From: Acidobacteriota bacterium
GTDB taxonomy: Bacteria; Acidobacteriota; UBA6911
Length of the DNA: 64,000 bases
NCBI GenBank assembly: GCA_963664705.1
Contig: OY761556.1
Location: 3,648,001 to 3,712,000, forward strand
Direction: 5' to 3'
A program made the position numbers and the translations under genes. The notes under the pieces were generated by a model. The model was not told the origin of the DNA and did no database searches. It worked only from the letters and a program-made list of their open reading frames with translations. Of this stretch, positions 20,144-30,289 are shown piece after piece (the first letter of the stretch is position 1; every line of letters starts with the position of its first letter).

Positions 20144-20839
20144 CTAGCTTCGCGCATTGTTGATAACTTCCCGAGCCCGACGAAAGATCGAGTGGAACAT
20201 GGGCCGCGTCAGCTTTCCGGTCTGAGTGTTTTGCTGGCTTGGATGATATGAAGCAATCAAAACCACATCGCCAGGCAGATTCCATTCTCCTCCATGGCTG
20301 AATTTGAGCTTTGCGGGCGCGGGAAGGCCGACGCTTTCCCGCCAGAGCCGGAGAAAACAGCGGAATGCGACCTGCCCCAGCGTCACAACCACTCTCTTGT
20401 TGCCGGCCAGTTGAAGCTCATGCAGAAGATATTCCCTGCAGTTCTCAATCTCAGACGGCAATAACTTATTTTCCGGTGGAGCACAGCGAGCGACGGCGGT
20501 TACCAGGCAATCGCGCAATTGCAATCCGTCCCGGATGCCGACAGACGAGGATTGATTGGCAAAACCAAAAGCATGCAGGGCTTCGTACAACCAGTCGCCG
20601 CTCCGGTCCCCAGTAAAAATGCGCCCGGTCCGATTACCTCCGTGCGCTGCCGGAGCCAGCCCGATTACTACCATTGCGCCATCGGGCATGCCAAACGCCG
20701 GCACTGGCCTTCCCCAATACTCCTCGTTCCGATATCTGCGAACCTTTTCGCAGGCAACGCGCTCCCGCCACTCGACCAGGCGAGGGCATCGACGACACTG
20801 CGTGATCTCATGTTCCAGTGCAAGGAAGTCCTTCTCCAT
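20144..20839 (-). CDS. Uracil-DNA glycosylase family 5 (UdgB-like)
   Basis: CRRCPRL, GLAPAAHGGNRTGRIFTGD, RCAPP, YHPSQQNT. Confidence 0.93.
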   Translation of the reverse strand: MEKDFLALEHEITQCRRCPRLVEWRERVACEKVRRYRNEEYWGRPVPAFGMPDGAMVVIGLAPAAHGGNRTGRIFTGDRSGDWLYEALHAFGFANQSSSVGIRDGLQLRDCLVTAVARCAPPENKLLPSEIENCREYLLHELQLAGNKRVVVTLGQVAFRCFLRLWRESVGLPAPAKLKFSHGGEWNLPGDVVLIASYHPSQQNTQTGKLTRPMFHSIFRRAREVINNARS

Positions 20840-20911
20840 CAAACTAAGAGTAGCACAGCCTCAGGAACCACTAACCATGTACCACCAACAACTGGTACTA
20901 TGGATAGCTCC

Positions 20912-22333
20912 ATGGGAAACAACAGTGATTTAACAATCGCGCGGCTGGCGCCACTGATTCGGAACAAAAAGGTATCGCCCGTCGAGCTCACGAAGTACTT
21001 CCTGAAGCGGATTGAAGAGCTTCAGCCGTCTATCAACGCGTATATCACGGTAACGCCAGAGGCAGCTCTAAGCCAGGCTCGGCGTGCGGAACGCGAAATC
21101 ATGAAGGGCACCTACCGCGGAGCGCTCCATGGAATCCCGATCAACTTAAAGGACCTTTTCCTTACCCAGGGCATCCCCACCACCGCGGGGTCCAAAGTGC
21201 TGAGCCGGTTTATCCCTGATTCCAATGCGGTGATCGTGGACCAGCTACTCGACTCCGGATGCATCATCCTGGGGAAGACCAACATGCACGAGTTTGCCTT
21301 CGGCTCCACCAACCTGCATTCGCACTATGGACCGGTATGCAACCCCTGGAATCTCAGCCACATTTCGGGCGGATCCAGCGGGGGAAGCGCCGCTTCCATC
21401 GTTTCCGCGCAATCACTCGCATCCTTCGGAACCGATACGGGCGGATCTATTCGTATCCCGGCGGCGGCGTGCGGATGCGTTGGATTCAAGCCCAGCTATG
21501 AAAGAGTCTCGTTGAACGGCGTCATCCCACTATCGTCAAGTCTTGATCACGCAGGTCCACTCAGCCGCTGTGTTCTGGATGCAGCAATTCTGCTTGATGC
21601 CATTGCCGACCTGACGCTGGAGCAGGATACCAACCGCCTGATTCGAGCAGTTCGCAGCGGGATACGGTCCCTGGTGATTGGCGTGCCACGGCAATACTTT
21701 TTTGATCGCATTCATCCCGAAGTGCGCCGGTGTGTGCTGACCGCCATCGGCGAGTTCAAGCAACTGGGAGCAAAAGTTTGCGAAGTCACATTGAAAGGAA
21801 CAGAGGAGACCGCTCGCATCGCGGCGGATATCACCGGAGCTGAAGCGTACGCCTTCCACGAAAAATGGCTTCGATCCAGGCCCGGAGATTATGGGAAAGA
21901 CGTACGATCCCGGCTGGAACAAAGCCAAGGAATGACAGCCGCGGCCTACATTAAGTCGATACAGGACAGGCTTGCTTACAGCCGCGATTTCGACCAGGCA
22001 TTCGAGTCGGTGGATTTGATCGCCGGGCCGACGCTCCCAGTCGCAGCGCCGCCGATGAGCGATCGTGACACCCAAATCGGCAGAACGCGCGAAGAAGTTC
22101 GCACGGCAATGCTCCGGTTAACCCGTCCGGGAAACCTGTCCGGGTTGCCTGCCATTTCTGTTCCTTGCGGATTTACCAAAGAAAAGCTCCCGGTGGGCCT
22201 TCAATTGATCGGCCGGCGATTTGATGAAATGACCGTGCTCCGGGCGGCCTATGCTTTTGAATCAGCGACTACATGGCACAAATATTTTCCGGAAGACAGT
22301 GGTAAGAAGCAGGCAGCCGGAAGCCGGAAGTAA
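20912..22333 (+). CDS. Amidase-signature family enzyme (stand-alone)
   Basis: LKDL, GGSSGGS, GTDTGGSIRIPA (Lys-cisSer-Ser triad); alternative start at 20900. Confidence 0.9.
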   Translation: MGNNSDLTIARLAPLIRNKKVSPVELTKYFLKRIEELQPSINAYITVTPEAALSQARRAEREIMKGTYRGALHGIPINLKDLFLTQGIPTTAGSKVLSRFIPDSNAVIVDQLLDSGCIILGKTNMHEFAFGSTNLHSHYGPVCNPWNLSHISGGSSGGSAASIVSAQSLASFGTDTGGSIRIPAAACGCVGFKPSYERVSLNGVIPLSSSLDHAGPLSRCVLDAAILLDAIADLTLEQDTNRLIRAVRSGIRSLVIGVPRQYFFDRIHPEVRRCVLTAIGEFKQLGAKVCEVTLKGTEETARIAADITGAEAYAFHEKWLRSRPGDYGKDVRSRLEQSQGMTAAAYIKSIQDRLAYSRDFDQAFESVDLIAGPTLPVAAPPMSDRDTQIGRTREEVRTAMLRLTRPGNLSGLPAISVPCGFTKEKLPVGLQLIGRRFDEMTVLRAAYAFESATTWHKYFPEDSGKKQAAGSRK

Positions 22334-22399
22334 AGAATCCATTTCTGATTTCTGTCTTCCGTCTTCTTGCATTCAGCTACTTGCACCAAACTTTATCTC

Positions 22400-23434
22400 A
22401 TGGACGAAACGCCCCTGATCAGCGTGGTTGTGGTGAACTGGAATGGGATTTCCTTTCTTCCGGGCTGCCTTGGCTCGCTTGAGAAACAAACCTGGAAAAA
22501 CCTGGAATTCATCATCGTCGACAACGGCTCCACGGATGGGAGCACGGAGCTGATTCGTGCCTGGACCGAACGCATCCCAAAGGCACAACCGCTCTTTCTC
22601 AAAAGAAACACCGGCTTCTGCGAAGGCAATAATCTCGGGATCGCAAAAACCCGTGGAGAATGGATTGCGCTTCTGAACAACGACGCAATAGCAGAGCCGG
22701 ACTGGATAGAACGGCTGGTCAGTCACGGGGATGCTGCCAACAAAATTGGAATGCTGGGGAGCAAAATCCTATTTGTCGATCCGGCCAATGTCATCGATAA
22801 GGTGAGCCACCTTATTTACTGGGATGGGCAGAACCGCGGGCGCGGCACCATGGAAATCGATGCCGGGCAATACGATAAAGATGAAGAAATACTCTGGCCT
22901 GACGCATGCGCCGCACTGTATCACCGCCGCCTGTTCGAGGAAACGGGGGGATTTGATGAAAGCTTCTTTGCTTTCGGCGACGATGCCGACCTGGGAATGC
23001 GAGCTCGTCTGCTTGGATGGACAGCCTGGTATGTACCCCAAGCCGTCGTGCATCACCTTCATTCTGCAACGGCCGGAGTATACTCCCCTCTCAAAGTAAT
23101 GCTGGTGGAACGCAACCGGCTGCTTCTCGCCCTGAAGAATTTTTCACTCCCGCTGCTTCTTGCGAATCCCTATTGGTCGATCCGCCGTGTTCTGTGGCAC
23201 GTGTATGCCGCATCCAAGGGTCAGGGAGCCTCAGGACAGTTGGTTGCCTCCCAGGGCTGGGTAAGAACCCTGGGCATCATGATCTGGGCGCATCTGAGTG
23301 CCATGAAGAATCTGCCGTCCGCATTGAAGAACAGGCGGAAGATACAGCGGACGAAGCGCCTGTCGAACAGAGAGGTGCAGGCGTTGCTGCGCCGCTTCCA
23401 GATTGACCTCCGTCAACTGACTCTCCGCGATTGA
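22400..23434 (+). CDS. Glycosyltransferase family 2
   Basis: SVVVVNWNG, VDNGSTDGS, LLNND, GGFDE.FF..DD.DL. Confidence 0.92.
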   Translation: MDETPLISVVVVNWNGISFLPGCLGSLEKQTWKNLEFIIVDNGSTDGSTELIRAWTERIPKAQPLFLKRNTGFCEGNNLGIAKTRGEWIALLNNDAIAEPDWIERLVSHGDAANKIGMLGSKILFVDPANVIDKVSHLIYWDGQNRGRGTMEIDAGQYDKDEEILWPDACAALYHRRLFEETGGFDESFFAFGDDADLGMRARLLGWTAWYVPQAVVHHLHSATAGVYSPLKVMLVERNRLLLALKNFSLPLLLANPYWSIRRVLWHVYAASKGQGASGQLVASQGWVRTLGIMIWAHLSAMKNLPSALKNRRKIQRTKRLSNREVQALLRRFQIDLRQLTLRD

Positions 23435-23525
23435 TTTTGCAGTGGCTCCTCGCAGCAGCGTGGATGGCAAAACCTGAAAACTTGAAACTTGCATCGCCAG
23501 GCAGCGCTTGTGCTATCTTTTTTGC

Positions 23526-25160
23526 ATGAAAATAGCATTGGCGCAGGTAAACACGGTTGTCGGGGATGTTGGCGGCAATCGCGACCGCGTGCTCGGAATC
23601 ATGAAAAAGGCAAGGTCTCTGCATGCAGATATCACTGTTTTTCCGGAATTGTGCCTCACGGGGTACCCACCGCGCGACCTGCTTGGAATGCACGGTTTTG
23701 TCGAGCTGAACCTTCAGGCACTTCAGGACATTGCATCCCAAACAGATAAAATGGGTGTCGTCCTCGGTTTTGTCGACCGCAATCCGAACCAAGAAGGTCG
23801 CGATTTCCACAATTCTGCAGCCTTTCTCGCCGAAGGAAAAGTTCAGGCGGTTGTCCACAAAACGCTTCTCCCGACCTACGATGTTTTCGATGAAGACCGT
23901 TACTTCCAACGTTCAGATCGCGTGGAGGTTGTGCGCTTCCGCGGCCGCACGCTAGGAATTTCGATTTGTGAAGATGCCTGGAATTCGGAGGACTTCTGGC
24001 CCAAACCTCTGTACGCCACGGATCCTATACGGAACCTGATTGAAAAAGGAGCCGACCTGCTCATCAACATTTCGGCATCGCCGTTTGAGATAGACAAGCC
24101 GAAACTCCGATACAAGATGCTGCAGGATCACGTTCAGAAGCATCGAGTTCCGCTCGTATATGTCAACCTGGTCGGAGGAAATGACGATCTCCTCTTCGAT
24201 GGCAATAGCCTCGTTCTTGGCAAGAATGGGAATGTAATCGCCCAAGGAAAGAGCTTCGAGGAAGACCTCCTGATCGTCGATTCAGAAACACAGGAAGACA
24301 GGGGGTACCGCATGGGGGAACCGCTGCAGGACCTCTTTCGTGCCCTTGTCATGGGAACCGCGGATTATGCAGGCAAGTGCCGTTTTACTACCGCGGTTCT
24401 CGGGCTCAGCGGCGGCATCGATTCATCCGTTGTAGCCTGTATCGCAGCGGAAGCATTGGGACCGCAGAATGTAATGGGAGTGTCCATGCCCTCCGTGTAC
24501 TCCGCACAGGAAAGCTTCGACGATGCGCGCGCGCTGGCAAATAACCTGGGAATCCGATTCGAGTCCATTCCCATCCGCCCGCTGTTCGATCAGTTCGAAA
24601 ATTCCATGGCACCCCTATTTGCAGGACATTCTCCGGATGAAACGGAGGAAAACCTGCAGGCACGGATTCGCGGAACCATCCTCATGGCCCTATCCAACAA
24701 ATTCGGACATCTCGTTCTTGGTACAGGAAACAAATCAGAATTATCTGTCGGGTATTGTACCCTTTACGGTGATATGGCGGGCGGCCTGGCCGTGATTTCG
24801 GACGTGCCCAAAACGATGGTCTACCAACTGGCCGGGTTCATCAACAGAAAGAGAGAAATCATCCCACGAAACGCCATCGCACGCCCTCCTTCAGCGGAAC
24901 TGCGACCAGACCAGACCGACCAGGACAGTCTACCCCCATATGAAATTCTGGATGGCATTCTGCACCTGCGGATCGAAGAACAGAAGAGTTTGGATGAAAT
25001 CATTTCCGACGGCTATGAACGGAGCGTCGTCGAAAAAGTCGCTCGCCTGGTTCATATCAATGAATACAAGCGAAGGCAAGCTGCAACTGGATTGAAGGTA
25101 ACGACTCGGGCATTCGGAACGGGCCGGCGAATGCCGATTGCATCCATAGTCAGTATTTAG
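23526..25160 (+). CDS. nadE: Glutamine-dependent NAD+ synthetase
   Basis: Nitrilase domain (FPEL, ICEDAW) plus LSGGIDS, ENLQARIRG, GNKSE, GY.TLYGD, PPSAEL. Confidence 0.96.
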   Translation: MKIALAQVNTVVGDVGGNRDRVLGIMKKARSLHADITVFPELCLTGYPPRDLLGMHGFVELNLQALQDIASQTDKMGVVLGFVDRNPNQEGRDFHNSAAFLAEGKVQAVVHKTLLPTYDVFDEDRYFQRSDRVEVVRFRGRTLGISICEDAWNSEDFWPKPLYATDPIRNLIEKGADLLINISASPFEIDKPKLRYKMLQDHVQKHRVPLVYVNLVGGNDDLLFDGNSLVLGKNGNVIAQGKSFEEDLLIVDSETQEDRGYRMGEPLQDLFRALVMGTADYAGKCRFTTAVLGLSGGIDSSVVACIAAEALGPQNVMGVSMPSVYSAQESFDDARALANNLGIRFESIPIRPLFDQFENSMAPLFAGHSPDETEENLQARIRGTILMALSNKFGHLVLGTGNKSELSVGYCTLYGDMAGGLAVISDVPKTMVYQLAGFINRKREIIPRNAIARPPSAELRPDQTDQDSLPPYEILDGILHLRIEEQKSLDEIISDGYERSVVEKVARLVHINEYKRRQAATGLKVTTRAFGTGRRMPIASIVSI

Positions 25161-25259
25161 TGGGCGGTGGGCAGTGGGCAATGGGTGGTTAAGTTGACAA
25201 ATAGAGATTACCAATCTTTGACTTGAATACTGCCGACTGCCGACTCAAGGAGAGATAAC

Positions 25260-26696
25260 GTGTTTACGAGAGCTTTGCTTACCGATTTCTACGAACTGAC
25301 AATGGCGGCAGCCTATCTTGAACAGGGGAAAGCAGCCGACACCGCAACCTTCGACCTCTACTACCGGCACAACCCCTTCAACGGAGGGTATGGAATTGCC
25401 GCTGGTCTTGAGGATGCTGTCCGCGCCGTCCTGGACACTGCGTTTGGCAAAGATGATCTTCAGTTCCTGAGATCACTGAAATCCTCGACGGGCGCGCCCG
25501 CTTTTTCGGAGGACTTCATTCAATATCTTGCAGCCTATCGTTTTAGCAGCAATATCCGTGCGGTTCCGGAAGGTACCGTCATATTCCCGAATGAACCAAT
25601 CGTACAGGTTAGCGGCAACCTGATGGAATGCCAACTGGTCGAGACCATTCTGCTGTGCCACGTCAACTTTCAGACTCTCGTGGCAACCAAAGCAGCCCGT
25701 ATATGGGAAGCCGCCAATCACGGCACCGTCATCGAATTCGGGCTGCGTCGAGCGCAGGGGCCCGACGGCGCTTTGAGTGCATGCAGAGCGGCCTATGTTG
25801 GAGGCGCGGATGCCACTTCAAACGTTCTCGGCGCCGCAATGGCCGGGATTCCGGCGCGTGGCACCCATGCCCACAGCTGGATACAAGCCTTTGGCTCTGA
25901 ACTTGATGCGTTCAGGGCTTATGCCCATTCGTTTCCGGATGATTGCACGCTTCTTGTCGATACCTATAACACGCTGAAAAGTGGTGTGCCGAATGCCATC
26001 AAGATTGCGAAGGAGCTTGAATCCAAAGGACGACGACTTGCAGGCATCCGAATTGACAGTGGGGATTTGGCGTTCCTGAGTGCCAGATCCCGTCAAATGC
26101 TCGATGATGAAGGATTGCCTTACGTAAAGATCGTCGCCTCCAATGAACTGGATGAATTTATCATCTCTGACATCCTGGCGCAGGGCGGAAAAATCGACAT
26201 CTGGGGCGTCGGCACAAATCTTGTAACCGGATCCGGTCCCGGAGGCTGTGCCTTGGGCGGCATTTACAAAATGGTGGAGCACAATGGCCGGCCCAAAATC
26301 AAGCTGAGCTCCAATCCGGAGAAAATGACAAATCCCGGCGCAAAAAGGGTGGTCCGATTTCATGACCGGGACGGTTTGATGGATGCCGATGCTTTGGCCG
26401 ACCAGTCCGAAGATCTGCGCAGCGCGGAAGTGCTCATCATCGATCCCAACAATCCGCTGCGTCGTAAAAGATTGAATTCGGACAAGCGGGTAGAATTGCT
26501 TCAGCCTGTTGTCGTATCCGGGCAGAAGGTCGGAGAATTTCCTTCGCTGGATCAGATTCGCAGCCACCGGATGGACCAACTGGCGCACCTGCACGAGAGC
26601 CACCGTCGACTTCACAATCCGCATGAATACAAGGTCGGGCTCACGCATGTTTTGTGGCAGCAGAAGGAAAATATGCTGAACCAGGAAACTGTCTAG
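25260..26696 (+). CDS. pncB: Nicotinate phosphoribosyltransferase
   Basis: LLTDFYELTM, EFGLRRAQG, GTHAHSW, LVDTY, RIDSGDL. Confidence 0.96.
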   Translation: MFTRALLTDFYELTMAAAYLEQGKAADTATFDLYYRHNPFNGGYGIAAGLEDAVRAVLDTAFGKDDLQFLRSLKSSTGAPAFSEDFIQYLAAYRFSSNIRAVPEGTVIFPNEPIVQVSGNLMECQLVETILLCHVNFQTLVATKAARIWEAANHGTVIEFGLRRAQGPDGALSACRAAYVGGADATSNVLGAAMAGIPARGTHAHSWIQAFGSELDAFRAYAHSFPDDCTLLVDTYNTLKSGVPNAIKIAKELESKGRRLAGIRIDSGDLAFLSARSRQMLDDEGLPYVKIVASNELDEFIISDILAQGGKIDIWGVGTNLVTGSGPGGCALGGIYKMVEHNGRPKIKLSSNPEKMTNPGAKRVVRFHDRDGLMDADALADQSEDLRSAEVLIIDPNNPLRRKRLNSDKRVELLQPVVVSGQKVGEFPSLDQIRSHRMDQLAHLHESHRRLHNPHEYKVGLTHVLWQQKENMLNQETV

Positions 26697-26707
26697 GAAC
26701 GGGACCG

Positions 26708-26753
26708 AGATGATTTGTGAAATCAAGGGCTGCCCCGATTTCACAAATCATCT
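26708..26753. repeat. 17-bp perfect inverted repeat hairpin
   Basis: AGATGATTTGTGAAATC-N12-GATTTCACAAATCATCT just after pncB. Confidence 0.85.
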
Positions 26754-26842
26754 GGAATCCCAGGGCTCGCAAAGCCATCCCACATGCCTCTATATCGCCG
26801 TATGTTCGTGGCGGTACAATTGAAGAATGGAGGAGGCAGCAC

Positions 26843-27613
26843 ATGGCCCCCACCTTCCCAAAGATCATCATCGTTCTCCTGGTCAGCCCATTTTTCTCTT
26901 TTTGTCATGGAGGATGCTCCGTGAATCCGTTTGTTGCAGCACAGAAGACACAACGGGAAAACCCGGCCGCTGAAAGCGAGTATGCAAAACGCCGCCAGCG
27001 GATGGTTCAAGAACAGCTTCAGAGAAGGGATATCACCGATGAGCGGGTACTTGCGGCAATGCTCAAGGTCCCCAGACACGAGTTTGTTCCCCGAGAACTG
27101 ATAGATTCGGCATACGAAGACAATGCGCAGCCGCTAATTCTGGGGCAAACGATCTCGCAGCCGTACATCGTGGCATACATGACGCAGGCATTGGATCTTC
27201 GTGGAACCGAAAGGGTGCTTGAAATCGGCACCGGTTCCGGCTACCAGGCCGCGGTTCTCGCCAGCATCGTGCCCGAAGTGTATACAATCGAGATTCTGCC
27301 GGCGTTGCAGGAACGCGCTAAAGAGATTCTGTCCAGGTTGGGGTATGGAAACATCCATTATCGTGTTGGGGACGGATATATTGGCTGGCCCGAATGCGCT
27401 CCCTTCGATCGAATAATCGTCACGGCAGCCCCTGAGGACATCCCGCAGCCACTGATGGATCAGCTCAAGGAGGGTGGGAAGCTAGTGATTCCAATCGGTT
27501 CGATGAGGCAGGATCTGATCGTGGTGACCAAGGAGAAATCGGGAATTATCCGTCGAGCGACAATCGGTGTCCGGTTTGTGCCGATGACAGGAATCGCGAG
27601 CGAAAAGAAATAG
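26843..27613 (+). CDS. pcm: Protein-L-isoaspartate O-methyltransferase with N-terminal hydrophobic extension
   Basis: VPRHEFVP, GQTISQP, VLEIGTGSGYQAA, APFDRIIVTAA, VRFVPM; GGAGGAGG SD. Confidence 0.93.
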   Translation: MAPTFPKIIIVLLVSPFFSFCHGGCSVNPFVAAQKTQRENPAAESEYAKRRQRMVQEQLQRRDITDERVLAAMLKVPRHEFVPRELIDSAYEDNAQPLILGQTISQPYIVAYMTQALDLRGTERVLEIGTGSGYQAAVLASIVPEVYTIEILPALQERAKEILSRLGYGNIHYRVGDGYIGWPECAPFDRIIVTAAPEDIPQPLMDQLKEGGKLVIPIGSMRQDLIVVTKEKSGIIRRATIGVRFVPMTGIASEKK

Positions 27614-27657
27614 CCCGCAACTTCACCCGAAAAATCGCGGATATCCTTGCGGCCGAA

Positions 27658-28566
27658 TTACAGGATCTTTTCGCCCAACGCCGACAGAATCAGCTCGCAG
27701 CCCAGAATGGCGGTAGAATTCTGGTGGTCGAGAATCGGATTGACCTCCACAACATCCAGCGCAACCATGCTCTGACTGTCCGCCACCATTTCCATTACCA
27801 GGTGCGCTTCTCTGTAGGATAATCCTCCCCGGACCGGAGTTCCCACTCCCGGTGAGACGGAGGGATCTACTCCATCCATATCAAATGATACATGCAGGGC
27901 AGCCCCGTCGCTGCATATGGCTTCGAGCGCTCTTTCCATAACGACGGCCATTCCATGCCGGTCGATATCTTTCATCGTATAGGCGTGGACACCAGATTGC
28001 AGGACCAGTTCCTTTTCACGCTCGTCGAGGTTGCGCAGTCCGACAACAGCACACCGGGCGGGGCTGACTTTGGGACTGAAGTCTCCAATGCTCACAAGTT
28101 CCGGCGGCCCCTGCCCGAGCACACATGCCAGCGGCATGCCATGCACGTTTCCGCTGATGGTAGAGTCGGGCGTGTTCATATCGCCGTGAGCATCAACCCA
28201 CAGAAGCGCCAGGGGACGATCCCGTTCACGCATGGCACTGGCCGTTCCCGCAATGGAGCCGGCAGCCAGGCTGTGATCGCCGCCAAGACTCAAGGCGATG
28301 TGTCCAGCCAATACACTCTCACGAACCTTCAGGAAAAGAGCCTGGCACGCCGCCCCGATCTCCCGGGCATACCGCGCTCTCTGATCCTGGACCCCGATAA
28401 GCTCAGGAATCGGAACAAGTATGTTTCCCAGATCGTTGACCTGATACCCGAGTTTGCTGATGCGCTGACCGATGTTGGCAATGCGGAAAGCGGAGGGGCC
28501 CATGTCGACACCTCGTCTTCCGGCTCCGAGATCCAATGGAACGCCGCAGATATCAACAATTTTCAT
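27658..28566 (-). CDS. rocF: Arginase
   Basis: GVDMGP, GGDHS, DAHGDMNT, SGNVHGMP, SFDMDGVDP. Confidence 0.93.
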   Translation of the reverse strand: MKIVDICGVPLDLGAGRRGVDMGPSAFRIANIGQRISKLGYQVNDLGNILVPIPELIGVQDQRARYAREIGAACQALFLKVRESVLAGHIALSLGGDHSLAAGSIAGTASAMRERDRPLALLWVDAHGDMNTPDSTISGNVHGMPLACVLGQGPPELVSIGDFSPKVSPARCAVVGLRNLDEREKELVLQSGVHAYTMKDIDRHGMAVVMERALEAICSDGAALHVSFDMDGVDPSVSPGVGTPVRGGLSYREAHLVMEMVADSQSMVALDVVEVNPILDHQNSTAILGCELILSALGEKIL

Positions 28567-28605
28567 GGCAATGATTTTACTGCCGGGAAAGGGATGACAG
28601 CAAGG

Positions 28606-28642
28606 GGCAGTGGGTAGTGGGTACTTCCCACTACCCACTGCC
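28606..28642. repeat. 16-bp inverted repeat made of heptamer units
   Basis: GGCAGTGGGTAGTGGG-TACTT-CCCACTACCCACTGCC between fumarase and arginase. Confidence 0.85.
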
Positions 28643-28648
28643 GACTTT

Positions 28649-30175
28649 CTAAAACACGGGATCGGCCAGCTTGGACAAAAGGATGCCGGAGGCATCTTCC
28701 ACATCCGCATGAAGCGATTTGCCGTGTGAATCCATGGTAACGATGGCAGGAAAGTCCTCGACTTCTATATTCCACAGGGCTTCCGGAATACCGAATTCCA
28801 TCAGGTACACATTCTTCACCGACTTGATGCATCGCGCGTAATATTGAGCTGCGCCGCCAATGGCCTGCAGATACACTGCGCCAGACTCCTCCAAACCGGC
28901 AAGTGTCTTGGCTCCCATACCGCCCTTACCTATCACGGCACGCAGTCCAAACCGCTTGATGATATCAGCCTGGTAAGGTTCCTCACGAATGGAAGTCGTA
29001 GGACCGGCGGCCACCATTTTCCAGCCGCTATCCTCTTTCAGAACAACCGGGCCGCAATGATAGATGACGCCACCCTTAAGATCCACCGGCGCAGGATTTT
29101 TAATTAAGTGGGCATGAACCGCATCCCGGCCTGTGTACATTTCACCGCTGATAAGAACAATATCTCCGACATTCAGTTTGCGAATCTCGCTCTCGGAGAT
29201 CGGTGCCTTGAGAGCAATTTCCTTCCCGGTCAGGCGGAATCCCTCGGCCGTCCCCATGCCTTTTGGAGTCTGATTCGGATCGCGATAGAGCCAACGCTTG
29301 ATGGCCCCGGTCTTGGCATCGAGAACAACTCCCAGACGGCGGAATGCCCAACAGTTGTAGGCCACGGAGACAAAGAAACTGGCCGGCAATCTGTTTTGGG
29401 AGGCAACCTTGCAACCGATCAGGGATACACCGCCACCGAAACCCATGGTGCCAATCCCCAGCGTGTTGGCTGTGAGCATGACGTATTGCTCGAGGTCCGC
29501 CAATTTCGGATCCGGATTGACATCATCCAACGGGCGGAACAACTGCTCTTTCGCGCAGGCATATCCTCCGGGCCGATCACCGCCGATACAGACTCCTATC
29601 GCCCCGGGAGAACATCCCTGCCCCTGGGCTTGCCACACCGCATGCAAAATGCACTTTCGTACACCATCCAGTGTCCGGTCGACACGGCCGAGGTGCGGCA
29701 GTTCACACGGGATGGAATACTGAATATTCATGTTTTCGCATCCGCCCCCTTTTAGCAGGAGCTTGACCTCAATCTCGTCGCTGTTCTCCCATTGATTCCA
29801 ATGCAGCACAGGCGTTCCCGGACCGAGATTATTCCCGCTGTTTTTGCCTGTGATCGAGTCGACCGAGTTGGGCCTCAATTTGCCCAGTTTGGTTGCTTCA
29901 GCAACCGCTTCCTCAATCTGCCTTCGCATCACCACCTGATTCGCGCCTGCAGGCGTGTGAATCTCAAACGTCGGCATTCCGGTATCCTGGCAGATGGCGC
30001 CGACACAGGTTGTTGCCATATCGATATTGGTGGCAATCACATCCAGAGCCGAAGAGGATTGGTTCCCTGCTGTTTCTTTTGTCATGGCTTCCGACATTGC
30101 AACGCGCACATCCGCCGGAAGATTGGTCGAAGTCTGTATGATCAGGTCAAGCATGCTGGCTTTAAATTGTTCCAT
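28649..30175 (-). CDS. Class I (Fe-S) fumarate hydratase, fused alpha/beta
   Basis: CQDTG, KGGGCEN, GCSPG, CWAFRR, TGRD, GPTTSIRE, IGKGG; AGGAG SD. Confidence 0.92.
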   Translation of the reverse strand: MEQFKASMLDLIIQTSTNLPADVRVAMSEAMTKETAGNQSSSALDVIATNIDMATTCVGAICQDTGMPTFEIHTPAGANQVVMRRQIEEAVAEATKLGKLRPNSVDSITGKNSGNNLGPGTPVLHWNQWENSDEIEVKLLLKGGGCENMNIQYSIPCELPHLGRVDRTLDGVRKCILHAVWQAQGQGCSPGAIGVCIGGDRPGGYACAKEQLFRPLDDVNPDPKLADLEQYVMLTANTLGIGTMGFGGGVSLIGCKVASQNRLPASFFVSVAYNCWAFRRLGVVLDAKTGAIKRWLYRDPNQTPKGMGTAEGFRLTGKEIALKAPISESEIRKLNVGDIVLISGEMYTGRDAVHAHLIKNPAPVDLKGGVIYHCGPVVLKEDSGWKMVAAGPTTSIREEPYQADIIKRFGLRAVIGKGGMGAKTLAGLEESGAVYLQAIGGAAQYYARCIKSVKNVYLMEFGIPEALWNIEVEDFPAIVTMDSHGKSLHADVEDASGILLSKLADPVF

Positions 30176-30200
30176 AATCACTCCTTGGGGATGGTATTCA

Positions 30201-30209
30201 ATTATAGCA
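30201..30209 (-). promoter_or_regulatory. Extended -10 promoter (TGcTATAAT) for fumarase-arginase
   Basis: Perfect TGnTATAAT on the minus strand about 25 nt upstream of the start. Confidence 0.6.
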
Positions 30210-30289
30210 CTCCGGCGGATAACCTGCCTCCAAAACCACCTCGGTTCGCGCAAAATGGTACAATTTCGTTAGCGGTCGCGGGGGGGCAG

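Noticed and set aside
20519-22333. 604-aa ORF as gatA or a fusion protein
   Set aside because: The N-terminal extension is antisense to the UDG gene; no gatB or gatC is adjacent, so it is called a stand-alone amidase starting near 20900-20912
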